Positions 37,200 to 48,744 of a DNA stretch of 64,000 bases are shown in pieces. Origin of the DNA: Azolla caroliniana (Eukaryota > Plantae > Polypodiophyta); NCBI GenBank assembly GCA_043228905.1, contig JBHGNT010000006.1:4340001-4404000 (forward strand). Reading direction: 5' to 3'. The translations under genes and the position numbers were made by a program. Position 1 is the first letter of the stretch. Each line of letters starts with the position of its first letter. The notes beneath the pieces were generated by a model, which did no database searches, was not told where the DNA came from, and worked only from the letters and a program-made list of their open reading frames with translations.

Positions 37200-37380
37200 A
37201 TGGGTTTTCTGTATTCCCCCACCATGCCTCTACCCCTCTTTAGGGTTTTCTTGTATTCTCGCACCATGGCCCTGGCCCTCAATAGGGTTTTCTTGTATTC
37301 TCCCACAATGCCCCTGCCCCTGCCCTTGAATAGGGTTTTCTTTGTCTTCTCCCAACATGCCCTGCCCTGCCCTGCCCTTT
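37200..37380. repeat. Four degenerate 41-48-bp tandem units containing TAGGGTTTT
   Basis: Unit approximately TAGGGTTTTCTTGTATTCTCCCACCATGCCCCTGCCCCTCAA. Confidence 0.75.
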
Positions 37381-37699
37381 CTGTAGATGTCCCCCCTTCT
37401 ACATTGGCAGGGCATGGTGGGAGAAGACGAAGAAAACCATATTGAGGAGGAAGGGGAGGGACATATGGTTTGGGTGTGTGGAAATAGAGAGGAGAACTGG
37501 TGCCTTAGGGACCAGGGTGTGTTGCATTTACTTAGTAAATCTGCACCATGTTAGAATTCATTGTATGATACCTGTCAGACAGAAGACAGAAGAAGGGGAT
37601 GTTTGAAGAAGAAAGTGTAGCATAACTCTCTCTGTTTTTTTATTTTCCACTCTTTTTCTCTCTTTCAGAGAGCCACGTGGGCGATTTTCTTCTTCTTCT

Positions 37700-37734
<35 letters not shown>

Positions 37735-38159
37735 CCCCCTCTCTCTGAAAGAAACCCTAACCCTAATTAGCATTTCTTCCTTTATCCAAGATCTGCCACC
37801 ACTGTCTTCAGATGTGCTATCAGGAAGAAAAATGGTGAAGAAGCAACAAAAAAATTCCACATGTTTTATTCAATGTCTGATAAACATACTTCAAAAAATG
37901 TGCATAAAAACTACCGTTTTCTTCTTCTCTCTCTCTCTCTCTCTCTCCAAGCTTATCAGAGCTAGGAAATGGTGATGAAAATCGTCAAATTGCTTGCAAA
38001 AATGTCAATCTAATACCAAATTTGAACTCTGTTTTTTCTTTCTTTATCGATTCACTTACTTGTATGCACGTCGATTCATTACAACAGTTTGACTCTTGAC
38101 AGAATCAAAAGGCAAAGAAAAATGGGAGTTCAGGGCGTCGAGCCAAGGCAACGGCAGAG

Positions 38160-41100
38160 ATGGTGCCTCTTGCTTCATTGCTGAAGATAGAGAGTGAGAG
38201 TGAGCAATCAGAGATTCCTATCATTAGATATGGAGAAGCATTTCAATCTAAGAAAGGTGAAGACTTCACTATGGTCAAGATGGATTGCCAGCGGATCCTT
38301 GGTGACAGATCGTCCACATTTGCTGTGTTTGGGGTATGTATGTTATAAGCTCTTTCCAATTACATTTTCACTGCACAATTTTTTCAATTAAAATCTGCGT
38401 GATACTTTCCTCAATGTTGGTTCGTTTACCAACCACAAAATTGTCCTCGGTGCTTAGAAAAGTAATGGTGGTTTTGAATGATCTCTCATCCAGAATTACG
38501 TTTAAGGGTCAGAATTTGAACAAAAGCAAAAACCTATTTGCTATTAATAAAAGTCAAATGTTGAATCATTTTCCTTCTTTTTATGTTTGGACTCTCTGTG
38601 ATACATTTATTTCTTTTGTAATTCATTGTGTCTATGTACAATTTAATTTAGCTAATGTTCTCTATATATAGATTATTTGAAGTCAGGGTTTCACTATACA
38701 TAATGTTTTGTAACAGCGGATGTCAAAATCTATGTACGAGGAGTGGAAATACAAGAACTATGAATGGGAATGTGAAGAATTTTAGCTAGCTTTTCTATTG
38801 TGAGGGTTTTTGCATGTCGTTTCATTTAGGAAAGACACATATTCATATCATGGACAATGAACTGTTTTTGCCTGAGATTTGATTGATTCTATATATGTTT
38901 GTGTTCTCATGGGAATAAATATGTGGATAGAAATTTTGGCATATCATGGTCTTGCAAGATATATGGGGGAAAAGTTTGAGAATCTACTCTCAGAACTTTT
39001 GCTATCCTACTGTGCTGCCTAAATATAGTGAAGATCCATCTCCATTGCCGTCATCTTTACGCCATTTGCATGCACAGTTGGCATGGGAATTTTGCTCATT
39101 ATTTTAGCAACTCTGAACCAAACTATATGTCAAGGATAACTAGCATATTCCAGCTGGGAATATATTTTTCTTAATTTTAAATGGAAAAATGATTTTAAGA
39201 AGTGTGCCTAAAAAGTTTTGTTAACCAGGTATTGGATGGTCATAATGGGGCTTCGGCAGCTATTTATGCAAAAGAGAACTTGTTGCATGATGTTCTCAGT
39301 GCCATTCCTCCATCCTTAAGTAGAGATGAGTGGTTAGCGGCATTACCACAAGCATTAGTCTCTGGTTTTGTAAAAACCGATAAAGACTTTCAACAAAAAG
39401 GTTTTGAGATGTGATCGTTTTTCATTGCTGTGCTTCTCAAGTATAAATTATGATCAATAACTAATATATATCTGGTGTTGTAACAGGACAGGCATCGGGT
39501 ACCACAGTCACATTTGTAATAGTTGATAGATGGGTTGTAACAGTCGCATCGGTGGGAGATTCACGGTGTATTCTAGATCCTCAAGGCGGTGAGATATCCA
39601 CACTGACTGTGGATCATAGATTGGATGACAATGAAGAAGAGTAAGAAGGAGCGATTGCAAAGATTGAATAGTGAAGAGTGCATTTTATGTCATCAAAATC
39701 AATAGACGAGGGGAAATGCACATTTTTTCGAATCATGAATACATATGATTGATGTTGCATGATGGCGTAATGAGTTATTAACAGTAAATAAGTGTGAATA
39801 CGGGTATTTGATTGTGAATATCTACAGAAGGGATCGTGTAACAAGGAGTGGAGGGGAGGTTGGTAGGCTTAGCATTGCAGGTGGTGTTGAGGTAAGCAGC
39901 TTTTAGCTCTCTAATGCTGAATCCTCTGTCCCCAAAGAAAAAAGATGAAAGCTTAGAATTGTGTAATATTTTTATTCATGGATGAAAATATCTGTTTATT
40001 TATTATTATTATTATTATTTGAGAATTATATTGTAATACTACATCCTCATTTTGCACTAATTCAAAACTCTTGTTTTAAAATTTTTTACATTATCACTGA
40101 TGATGTGACAGTCTTTGCAGATTGGTCCATTGCGATGTTGGCCTGGCGGCCTTTGCTTATCAAGATCTATCGGTGATTTGGATGTTGGAGAGTTTATTGT
40201 ACCAATACCTCATGTTAAACAAATAAAGGTGGGTATTTTTTATTGGGAAAGTTTTTACTGCAACAAAGAAAATTCAACATTATTTTTATATGCTTGGTCA
40301 AATGTAAGGCTCAGATTACATAAAAATTAAGATAAAGAATCTAATTATGTAAAATAATACAACCAATGTAGGTATTTATAGCATTTGCAGTAATCATAAT
40401 TAATGATAACGCAAATATAAATAAATAATATATAATTAAGGATAATAATCTTGATTGATTTAACTCTTACACGACACCACTTAATTAGGAAATTAGGATT
40501 CGAATTAAACTCAAATTGAGAAAAAATCTCATAATTATGACATGTTCAATTTCTAATGAGAATCATAATTCAGAAACTAAGCTTCAAGTTTGGAAATTAA
40601 GCTAGCTCTCTTTATAATTGGAGATCGGTTAGGAATTAAATCTTGTAATTATCTCAACTCATCCATGAAAACTTTGTAAATCAATTATCAGAACCCTGAC
40701 ATAAATAGTTCTTTTTTGAAGGTTTAACTATAATGGTTTTAATCTAAATTTTTATCACCCTAATCCTTGACCATGCATATATATATGTATGCGTGTACAA
40801 TATATATATATATAGATATGCTAAACCAAGCAATAAGTAGAAAAGATTTCTCATAATTATAAGCATATTGTGACAAAATTTCCGTTTTTTATAGATATTC
40901 AAGTGGGTATTTATTTTATTTTATTATTATTTATATGGTTTGATTAAGAGCCATAAATTATAATAGCTCATGATAAGAGTGTCAGATTTCAATGTGTCTT
41001 CATTTTTTCTCAGCTATCGAAAAAAGGAGGGAGATTAATAATTGCATCGGATGGTGTTTGGGATGCTTTAAGTTGTGAGGTTGCAGCGCAATGCTGTCGT

Positions 41101-42499
41101 GGTTTACCGTCTGACCTTGCTGCCATGCAAGTTGTAAAGGTTGTTACTTATATATATATTTTTGCTTATATGGGTGGCAAACTGAGAGCTGGGAGGGAAC
41201 TTGTAAGAAAAAGAAAACAAATTTAAGTTTTTTTAAAAACTAGCAAAATCAGAAAATCAAAAACATTTGAGCAATTTTAAGAAATGAATATGGGAAGCTT
41301 AAAGTTGAAAAAATAAAAGCAAAGAACGAAAGAAACATTAATTAAATAAATGAAAGAGGATGAAGATTGTAAGAAAAGCATTGAAATCTAGCCTTTTTGT
41401 ATATTTTTGCAATATGCACTTCATTCACTACAGGAGGCATTAATGGCTCGGGGCCTTCGTGATGATACAACTTGCGTGGTGGTAGATTTGATGCCTCCAG
41501 ACAGCTGTGCCCCACCTCGACCACCATTGCCACCAGTCAAAAAGCACAAACTTAAGTCATGGTTGTTCGGGTCAAGGTCTAAAGAATCAACAGCTACTGT
41601 GGCAAGCAAACCACAAGATACTGTGATTGTTGAACACCTGTTTGAGGAGGGGTCGGCGATGTTAGCTGATAGGTTTGCATCATTTAATTTTATATATCAA
41701 ACAATTTTTGTTATTGTGGGATAATCGAGGATTTAAAATAGGAGTTTGCTAGACTAAGGATATTATGAAACACAAGGTTAATCTTTTGATTAGAGAGTTA
41801 AATGCACTTAGTTAATTAATGGCAAAAGATTATTGAGCTAGACAGTAAGACCACTGTTAAGTATAAAAGAGTGGCTTATGATCATATCACTCATGAGGAG
41901 TCTCATTGCCAGCAAATCAATGCATCTAAGTATCCCCATAGGTTGAAATAAGGGTTAGGATTTAAGGTTTAAGAAAGTTTTAAAATTTTTAAGTTTTTAC
42001 TGTGAAATTTGGTTTAGAGTTTAGGGTTTAAGGAAATTTTTACCGCATCATGAATAAGCACGAAATGGTTTGTACATGAAACAGTCTTGGGCTATTATAA
42101 CAATGCAAGGGAGATTAATCCTATTGCAACTACTATCAGAATGAAGAAATCCTTTTTTTAAACTTAATTATTTACCATGAAATTAGGTTTAAGGTTTCAG
42201 GAAGTTTTCTGGAATTTAATTCTTCAACATGAAATTAGGTGTAAGTTTTGGGGTTTAAGAAAGTTTATTACAGATTAGTGCTTTACCATGGCAGACTTGG
42301 ATTGGATCCTTCGGACATATTCAGATGTGCCATCTGTCAGGTAAATATAACTCTAAGCGAAGGGATATCAGTCCATGCGGGATCATTCTTCTCGATGACC
42401 AGCCGGATGCTCGAAGGCCCATTTCTATGCCCAAGTTGCAAAGTTAAACAAGATGCAATGGAAGGGAAACAATGCATGAGAGAGTTCAAAGTATCGTGA
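38160..42499 (+). CDS. Protein phosphatase 2C (plant clade-H-like, C-terminal Cys-rich motif), 8 exons
   Basis: Exons 38160-38333, 39229-39400, 39487-39640, 39828-39891, 40121-40228, 41014-41139, 41434-41672, 42295-42499 with GT-AG borders. Motifs DGHNG, SGTT, VGDSRC, LSRSIGD, ASDGVWD, RGLRDDTT, CAIC...CPSC. The true start could lie further upstream. Confidence 0.9.
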
Positions 42500-44043
42500 C
42501 GAAAAGCTTAACCTAGACCACCTCCTTGTAAAGGAAGAAATTCTGAAGGGGCATTTATTTTTAATGCATGTATTATAGGCGTTTTCCTTATGTTCCTCCT
42601 ATGCATCCTGCTGCTGGAGGGGCCCGTCCTGTACAAATGGTCTTAAAAAGAAACGGTAAATCACTTGACAAAGGAAATTGTTTCCGAATTCAATGCCTGC
42701 AAGTTAGAGGATGGCCTACTCTCTGGAACCATAAACTTTCTGATATTTGTCATAGTGTTATGACCAATCTATGACATTTTTGGGATCTAAAATAACCAGA
42801 GATTAAACAAAAATCTTGGCCCTTTGCAAATCTATTGGAAACCAAGCATCCCTCATTCCAAAACAAAGATTTCTGGGAGATGCTTATTGATTCATTTGTA
42901 ATTCTATTTGGGAGCTACTGCAATAAACTTATGGATAAACTCAAGATTCCATTTCCAACCATTGTTTCATCGCTGAGTCCAGTCTCTAAGTATATGAATA
43001 AATGTATTCATCCCCACTCTGATAAAGTAATTGATTGCCTTTCACTCAAATGATTTGCCTCTATTGTTGGATTTGGAGGGATGCCCAGGTCTTTGGTGCA
43101 TTGTGCTCGGAGCCCCATCTAATGATTTGAAATATTTGCAATTTAATGCATACTCTTGTTATAATTGCCCAAAGAATTTTTGTTGATGCCTTAAATCTAC
43201 AAAGGATGATATTGATGTATAAGATATCAAGTCATTATATGGCATTATAGCCCCCCAATCCAAACATCACGGACTGAAATTAATAAATATTTGAAACTAA
43301 TAAAGATTTGGCATACTTCCAACTCAATATAGTATACAAGATTTTAGAGGTTAACATGTAAAATTTGTGTACCATTATTCCATTAGAAGTGTTATTGCAA
43401 TTCAATATTACATTAGTACATGAATTTTGTGGTAAATGCAACATAATGACGAGGATGTATTGATGATAAACTCAATGTTGGAAGGGCATTTTGATATATA
43501 TGATTGTGCTAATTGTTAATGTTAACTTTTCAAGACAAAAGAACTTTTCAAAAGATCCATGTGACATGTCATTGAAGCATTATGTGGGGAGGAGAAATTA
43601 ACCCAAGATGAAGGATGGATGTAAAGAAGTCGTTGCAAACCTTGTGTAAACAATTGAATGGATATTCATCCTTTTCAAGTCACCTATGATACGGATGTAT
43701 GCATGTATGTAGCAATTGAGGGGGACATGGATATAGTTGGGTGTCATCCAAAAAGCCAAAAGAGACTTCATGGAAAGAACTTGACATTAATTTATGATTA
43801 GCATAATGTTCAAAAGTTTTGTGTGGAGAGGAGAAAACAACAACGAAGGAGGGTGATGTGGTTTAGGTACAACTAATAAGACCTCCAAAGCAAAAATGAT
43901 TATTCTTCATTTGTATTCGTGTTTGCAAGTGTATGCACAAGAAGTTGTTGACATTGTGGCTTAGACATGCAAATGGGCCGCTCCTAATCACAAGTAGATC
44001 CTTAAGACATCAGCCATGCATTAGCTTGCCACCATGAGCAATC

Positions 44044-44666
44044 TTTTTTTTTAAAAAGATATCCATTCATTAATGTAAGCAATTTACAAAGTTTTGATTC
44101 CTAAGTGATTGGCGGAGGGAATAACCATCTTGGTGGCTGAATGTGCCAAAAAGGAGTGGCATTCTTTGAGGACATAAGTGGAGAGTAGCTTTCCACAAAG
44201 TATAAAACGGATGACGTTGAGCAGCTTTATCGTCAAAATCTCCAATAATACAATCTCATTGTCCCTTTAAAGTATGAACCATGTCCAACCAAATATGATT
44301 TACCAATTCAATTGGTGAGGCTTTGACTTGATGAAAAACAAGAGAGCAAGGGGCCTTCTAGTCTCCATATGTAATATTTAGTAGTACTACCTGAATATCT
44401 CCCATAATAGTTGTACCTCCTTCTTTATCCCTAAAAACTGCATAGACACTAAAGGAAGTACATAGACACTTCTAGAGCTAGTGTGAAAAGCATGGTCCAT
44501 AGATTTGGTGTCATAATGGAAAATAGAGCGGGCAAGCGATGTCCAAACCACCATGCCCCTTGTGAATAAGGATGGGGGAAAGTAGTTAGCAAATAAATAT
44601 TCTTAGGAGGCGTAGTCATACTAATTGAGACACAATGCAGTCCCATAGACAATGTTTCCGAGTTTC
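44044..44666 (-). mobile_element. 5'-truncated L1-like LINE with poly(A) tail and ~20-bp TSD
   Basis: T-run at 44044; minus strand reads ETRKHCLWDC; flanked by AGCTTGCCACCATGAGCAATC (44023-44043) and AGCTTGCCACTATGAGCAAATC (44667-44688). Confidence 0.8.
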
Positions 44667-45440
44667 AGCTTGCCACTATGAGCAAATCTTCGGCCATGCG
44701 AATGTGTGAATCGTGATGGGACAATGACAATTACAAGTATATTGCGATGTGTCTATGCGTATGAGAGGGTGTGGATCATTCATTCTTGGGGAAATGTCAA
44801 AGGGCATTATGAAGTGTGCTATGTGTGTGTATGCATGTGGATGTGGTCACATGATGCATGTATGTATATACATATATAGTCAAGTGATGTGTGTGTGTGT
44901 GTGTGTGTGTGTATGAAGACTGAAGTATTGATGTGGGCATGTCGATGTGGTCACGTGATGTATGTTCATAGTCACGGATGTGTGTGTGTGTGTGTGTGTG
45001 TGAAGTGCTGGATGTAAGCATGTGGATGTGGTTACGTCGCATAGTATGAACCATACGTGCATTCTCATTCGAGAATGTTTCAATCCTTCAAGTATGGTAA
45101 ACGCCCTCCAAGTTTTCGAGGTAAGAAAGTTAAGGTAAAAAGTAAAAAAAAACAACAACATAAGAATGTTTTTTATAACATATGCATTCGTTTGATTTCG
45201 TATGAAAAAGAATGTTTGCCGATGCATTCGAGTATATTACGTACTATACTTACGTGATGCATCATGCATCTATGTATGGAGGATGGGCATGTGGACACTT
45301 GATGATACATCGATATGTATGTATAATGTATGTATATATGTAGTCATCATGGTCATGTGTGTATGTGTGTGTGTGTGTGTATGTATGTATGTAGTGGATA
45401 TGTGTGTCTGCATGCTATGTGGCATTCTGAAGGGGTAGCG

Positions 45441-45482
45441 ATGGCGGTGGCTTTGAAGCCATTCCTTCCCTCCATCACAAAC

Positions 45483-45513
<31 letters not shown>

Positions 45514-48500
45514 TCTTTTCGTTTTCTCCTTCTGGTTCTTCTTGCTTCTCTTCTCCGTATCCTACTTCCCCCATTCCTCTTCCTCCGCCTTCTTCGAAGA
45601 AGACGGAGCGAGCTTTTACTTTGCTCAGCCGTGCTCGCCGAACTCCTTTTAGTGAGATTCTGAACCTCCGAGAAGAGAAGAATGTTGGTAAGCGCACTCT
45701 TTCTTTATATATCTGTATATATGTGTCTGTGTCTGTGTCTGTGTCTGTATCTGTATCTGTATGTGTGGATTTGTACATATACATATATGATATATTTATA
45801 CATGTGTTCGTGTATATGTATGCATGCATATGTAATCAGACACTTTCTCTCGTGTTGCAATGAATAGTTTAGTTTTTCTTATTTCTCTCCTGTTACAATG
45901 AAGAAAAACTAAATCTTCGTTGCAACAGGAGAGCGAGTACTTAATGAAATGGAATAGATAATTTGATTCCATTCACTCCATTTTGTGCTTGAAAATAGTC
46001 TGTGAAAATTCGTAGGTGAAGAACATACGAGAAGTAATGTTTCAATGTGTGATCTCTTTGCAATGAAGGGAATAATGAAAGATTGAAGGACTTCGAGAAA
46101 AAACGTATCAAATGTAATGTATCATTAAAAGGAGCTGTAAAGTTGGATCAGTAGATAAAAAACGGTTCAGAGAGAAACAAAACTTTCAGTTCTCACCCAA
46201 ACTCAGTAAACATTAGAATGACATGTGAACTCATCATGTTAGGAACCAAAGAAAGTGATCGTATTTATTCTATAGCTTTCTATAACTAAAAATCAAAAGT
46301 GATCGCTAATGCTATGTTAGGTTTTTTCTCATGAATCATCTTTTCCGAGCTCTCTTTCATATTTTGTTGTATTACTATCTATTTTTAGCATGTTTAAAAT
46401 ATTAGAACAATGAGAAAATGGAATTTTTTTTTCTAGCATCCAAGAATGCGTAATATTTCATAAAAAATCTCTGATTTTCAGCATTTTCTCTATTCCATGA
46501 TTTTGCTCATTGTATAAATGTGGATCTACCTCAAGGCCATGTATTCAGTTTGTAGTTGATCATCAAATGTTGATATATTTCTGTATTTGATTTAAGTAAA
46601 AGGTGAAACTAAGTAATTAAATATTAACTGGCTTTATACGTATTGTAGCTAACTCATGAATATGTTGTAGCTAAAATGTACTATTGTTGTGGTAATGAGG
46701 GTAAACACACACAAAAGAAATGAAAAGATGGAAACATGTGAAAGAATCTTGTAACAGCATATGAAGAACTGTTAATGTTGTACACTTTATCTTCTCAATG
46801 TAGTTATTTGTTTCTATCAAGTTCAAATTGCTCATATTTCACTTAGTGTGGGTTTTTATAATCTGTTATGTAAACTCTCCTATTCTTCAAACTTGCAGCT
46901 GGCGATTTGGAATATGAGACACCACTGAAAGTGATCCTGTATCCAGATCCAAGATTAAGAGCGAAGAACAAGAGAATTACTGTTTTTGATGAAAAGCTCG
47001 AAAAATTTGTAAAGGAAATGTTTGATGTTATGTATGAGTAAGTTATACTTAAGTTAGTTATGCAGTACGGAATATCTACCATTGCCTTGTACTTGATTTT
47101 ACTTAACTTTTTGCATATTTATGATGGTACCTTGACCTGGGGTTTTAAAAAATTTCAAGAATACCCTGGTACTTAGGCATAACTAACTATCAAGCTTGTT
47201 TAATCAGCACCAATGCAGACTAGATGGTTCAAACAACTCCCAACTAGAACCAATTTAATCCATGACTAATTAAAAATAGCTGATTAAGACGTAAAATAAA
47301 TTTGAAAGCAGAGGGGTGTCCGGGTAAATATGGAGAAAGATATGTGTATAGTGATGTTTTCCAATTCAATTGCATGAGACAGTCTAAAAATTCTGTATTT
47401 TGTTGGTGATTTGGGCTTTTTGTTTGTTTTCTAGGACTGATGGGGTAGGTCTATCAGCACCACAAGTTGGAGTTAATGTGCAACTGATGGTCTTCAATCC
47501 CGAGGGTGAAAAGGGAAAAGGGGAGGAAATTGTGCTTGTGAACCCTAGAATATTCAAATATTCAAATAAGCGCACTCTTTTTACTGAAGGATGCTTATCG
47601 TTTCCTGAAATAGAGGCAGATGTGGAGGTAAAATCAAACCATCAGTTTCGTTGACCATTTCTAATATAATTTAAACCACATGCTTACTGATTGATTACAA
47701 TATATTGGAATGATATTTGGCCATTTACAATTTGCAAATTTTTGAATTTCAATATGATGAACATATATTTCTTATTTGGCATAGAGACCTTTTTCTGTGA
47801 AAGTTGAAGCGCAAGATATCAAAGGAAAGAAATTTGATATGCAATTGAAGGAGTTCCCCGCAAGAATATTTCAGCATGAATATGATCACCTGCAGGTATG
47901 AATATGTACATGCATATTTAATCAATGCAAAAATTTGCACCGAAAGTTGTATATTGAAATATATACATACATGCATACATGTAAATTACAAAAGTACCCT
48001 GTTTTACTGAAAATAATGAACTCATAGATTTTGGAATGTTATTTTAGGTTTACTAAGAAAACTAAGATTTAAAGTATCTGGACTCTGCTAAACTCATGTT
48101 CGTAGAGGATATAAATCCAGATTACTTATCAAAGGAGTTCCTAATGGAATACCAGATTCTTATGTTGAATTCTATGATCCTAGATTTGTGTATGGTTTAG
48201 GATAACAAAAAGAAGATTTGTTGAATATTCAGAAACAATTTCCATATTACAGCAGTAATGTTTCTTCGGTCCTTACAGTCGGTGCTATTTTTTGAACGGA
48301 TGTCACAACCTGTTCTCAACACAATCATTCCAGAACTCCAGGTACCCCTCATCAGTAAATTGCTATGCTGGCATATTCTCACGTTGCTTCTAAATCTTAG
48401 TGCATGTTTCTATGAGAAGTTTTGGCTAAATTATCAATCTCCTAAACCCCCTCACAAGTTTGCTATGCTGGCATATTCTCACACTGCTTCTAAATCTTAG

Positions 48501-48744
48501 TGCATGTTGTTACGAGAAGTTTTGGCTACATTATCAATCTCTTAAACCCCCTCACAAATTTATTAAATTGTTATGTTGGCATATTCTCACATTGCTTGGA
48601 AATCTTAGTGCATGGTTTAAGAGTAGTTTAGTTAAATTATTAATCTTCTAAATCCCCTAAACATAGCAGAATCTGGAAGATATTTATGAGCAAAAGACTG
48701 GACTACCTGCACCAGAGAGGGTGAGGGTGAAGAGCAAGATGTGA
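45441..48744 (+). CDS. PDF1B: Peptide deformylase 1B, plastid-type (Ser-rich transit peptide), 6 exons
   Basis: Exons 45441-45687, 46899-47037, 47435-47627, 47785-47895, 48279-48341, 48670-48744. Motifs YPDPRLR, GVGLSAPQ, EGCLS, QHEYDHL. Confidence 0.92.
48355..48660. repeat. Three ~100-bp tandem copies filling PDF intron 5
   Basis: TTGCTATGCTGGCATATTCTCAC...AAATCTTAGTGCATG... at ~48360, ~48459 and ~48568. Confidence 0.85.

Noticed and set aside
41940-42270. TTTAGGG-like motifs in PP2C intron 7 as an interstitial telomere
   Set aside because: Scattered degenerate single motifs, not a tandem array.
45441-48744. Peptide deformylase as a recent bacterial horizontal transfer
   Set aside because: It has spliceosomal introns and a transit peptide; this is the standard plant organellar PDF.
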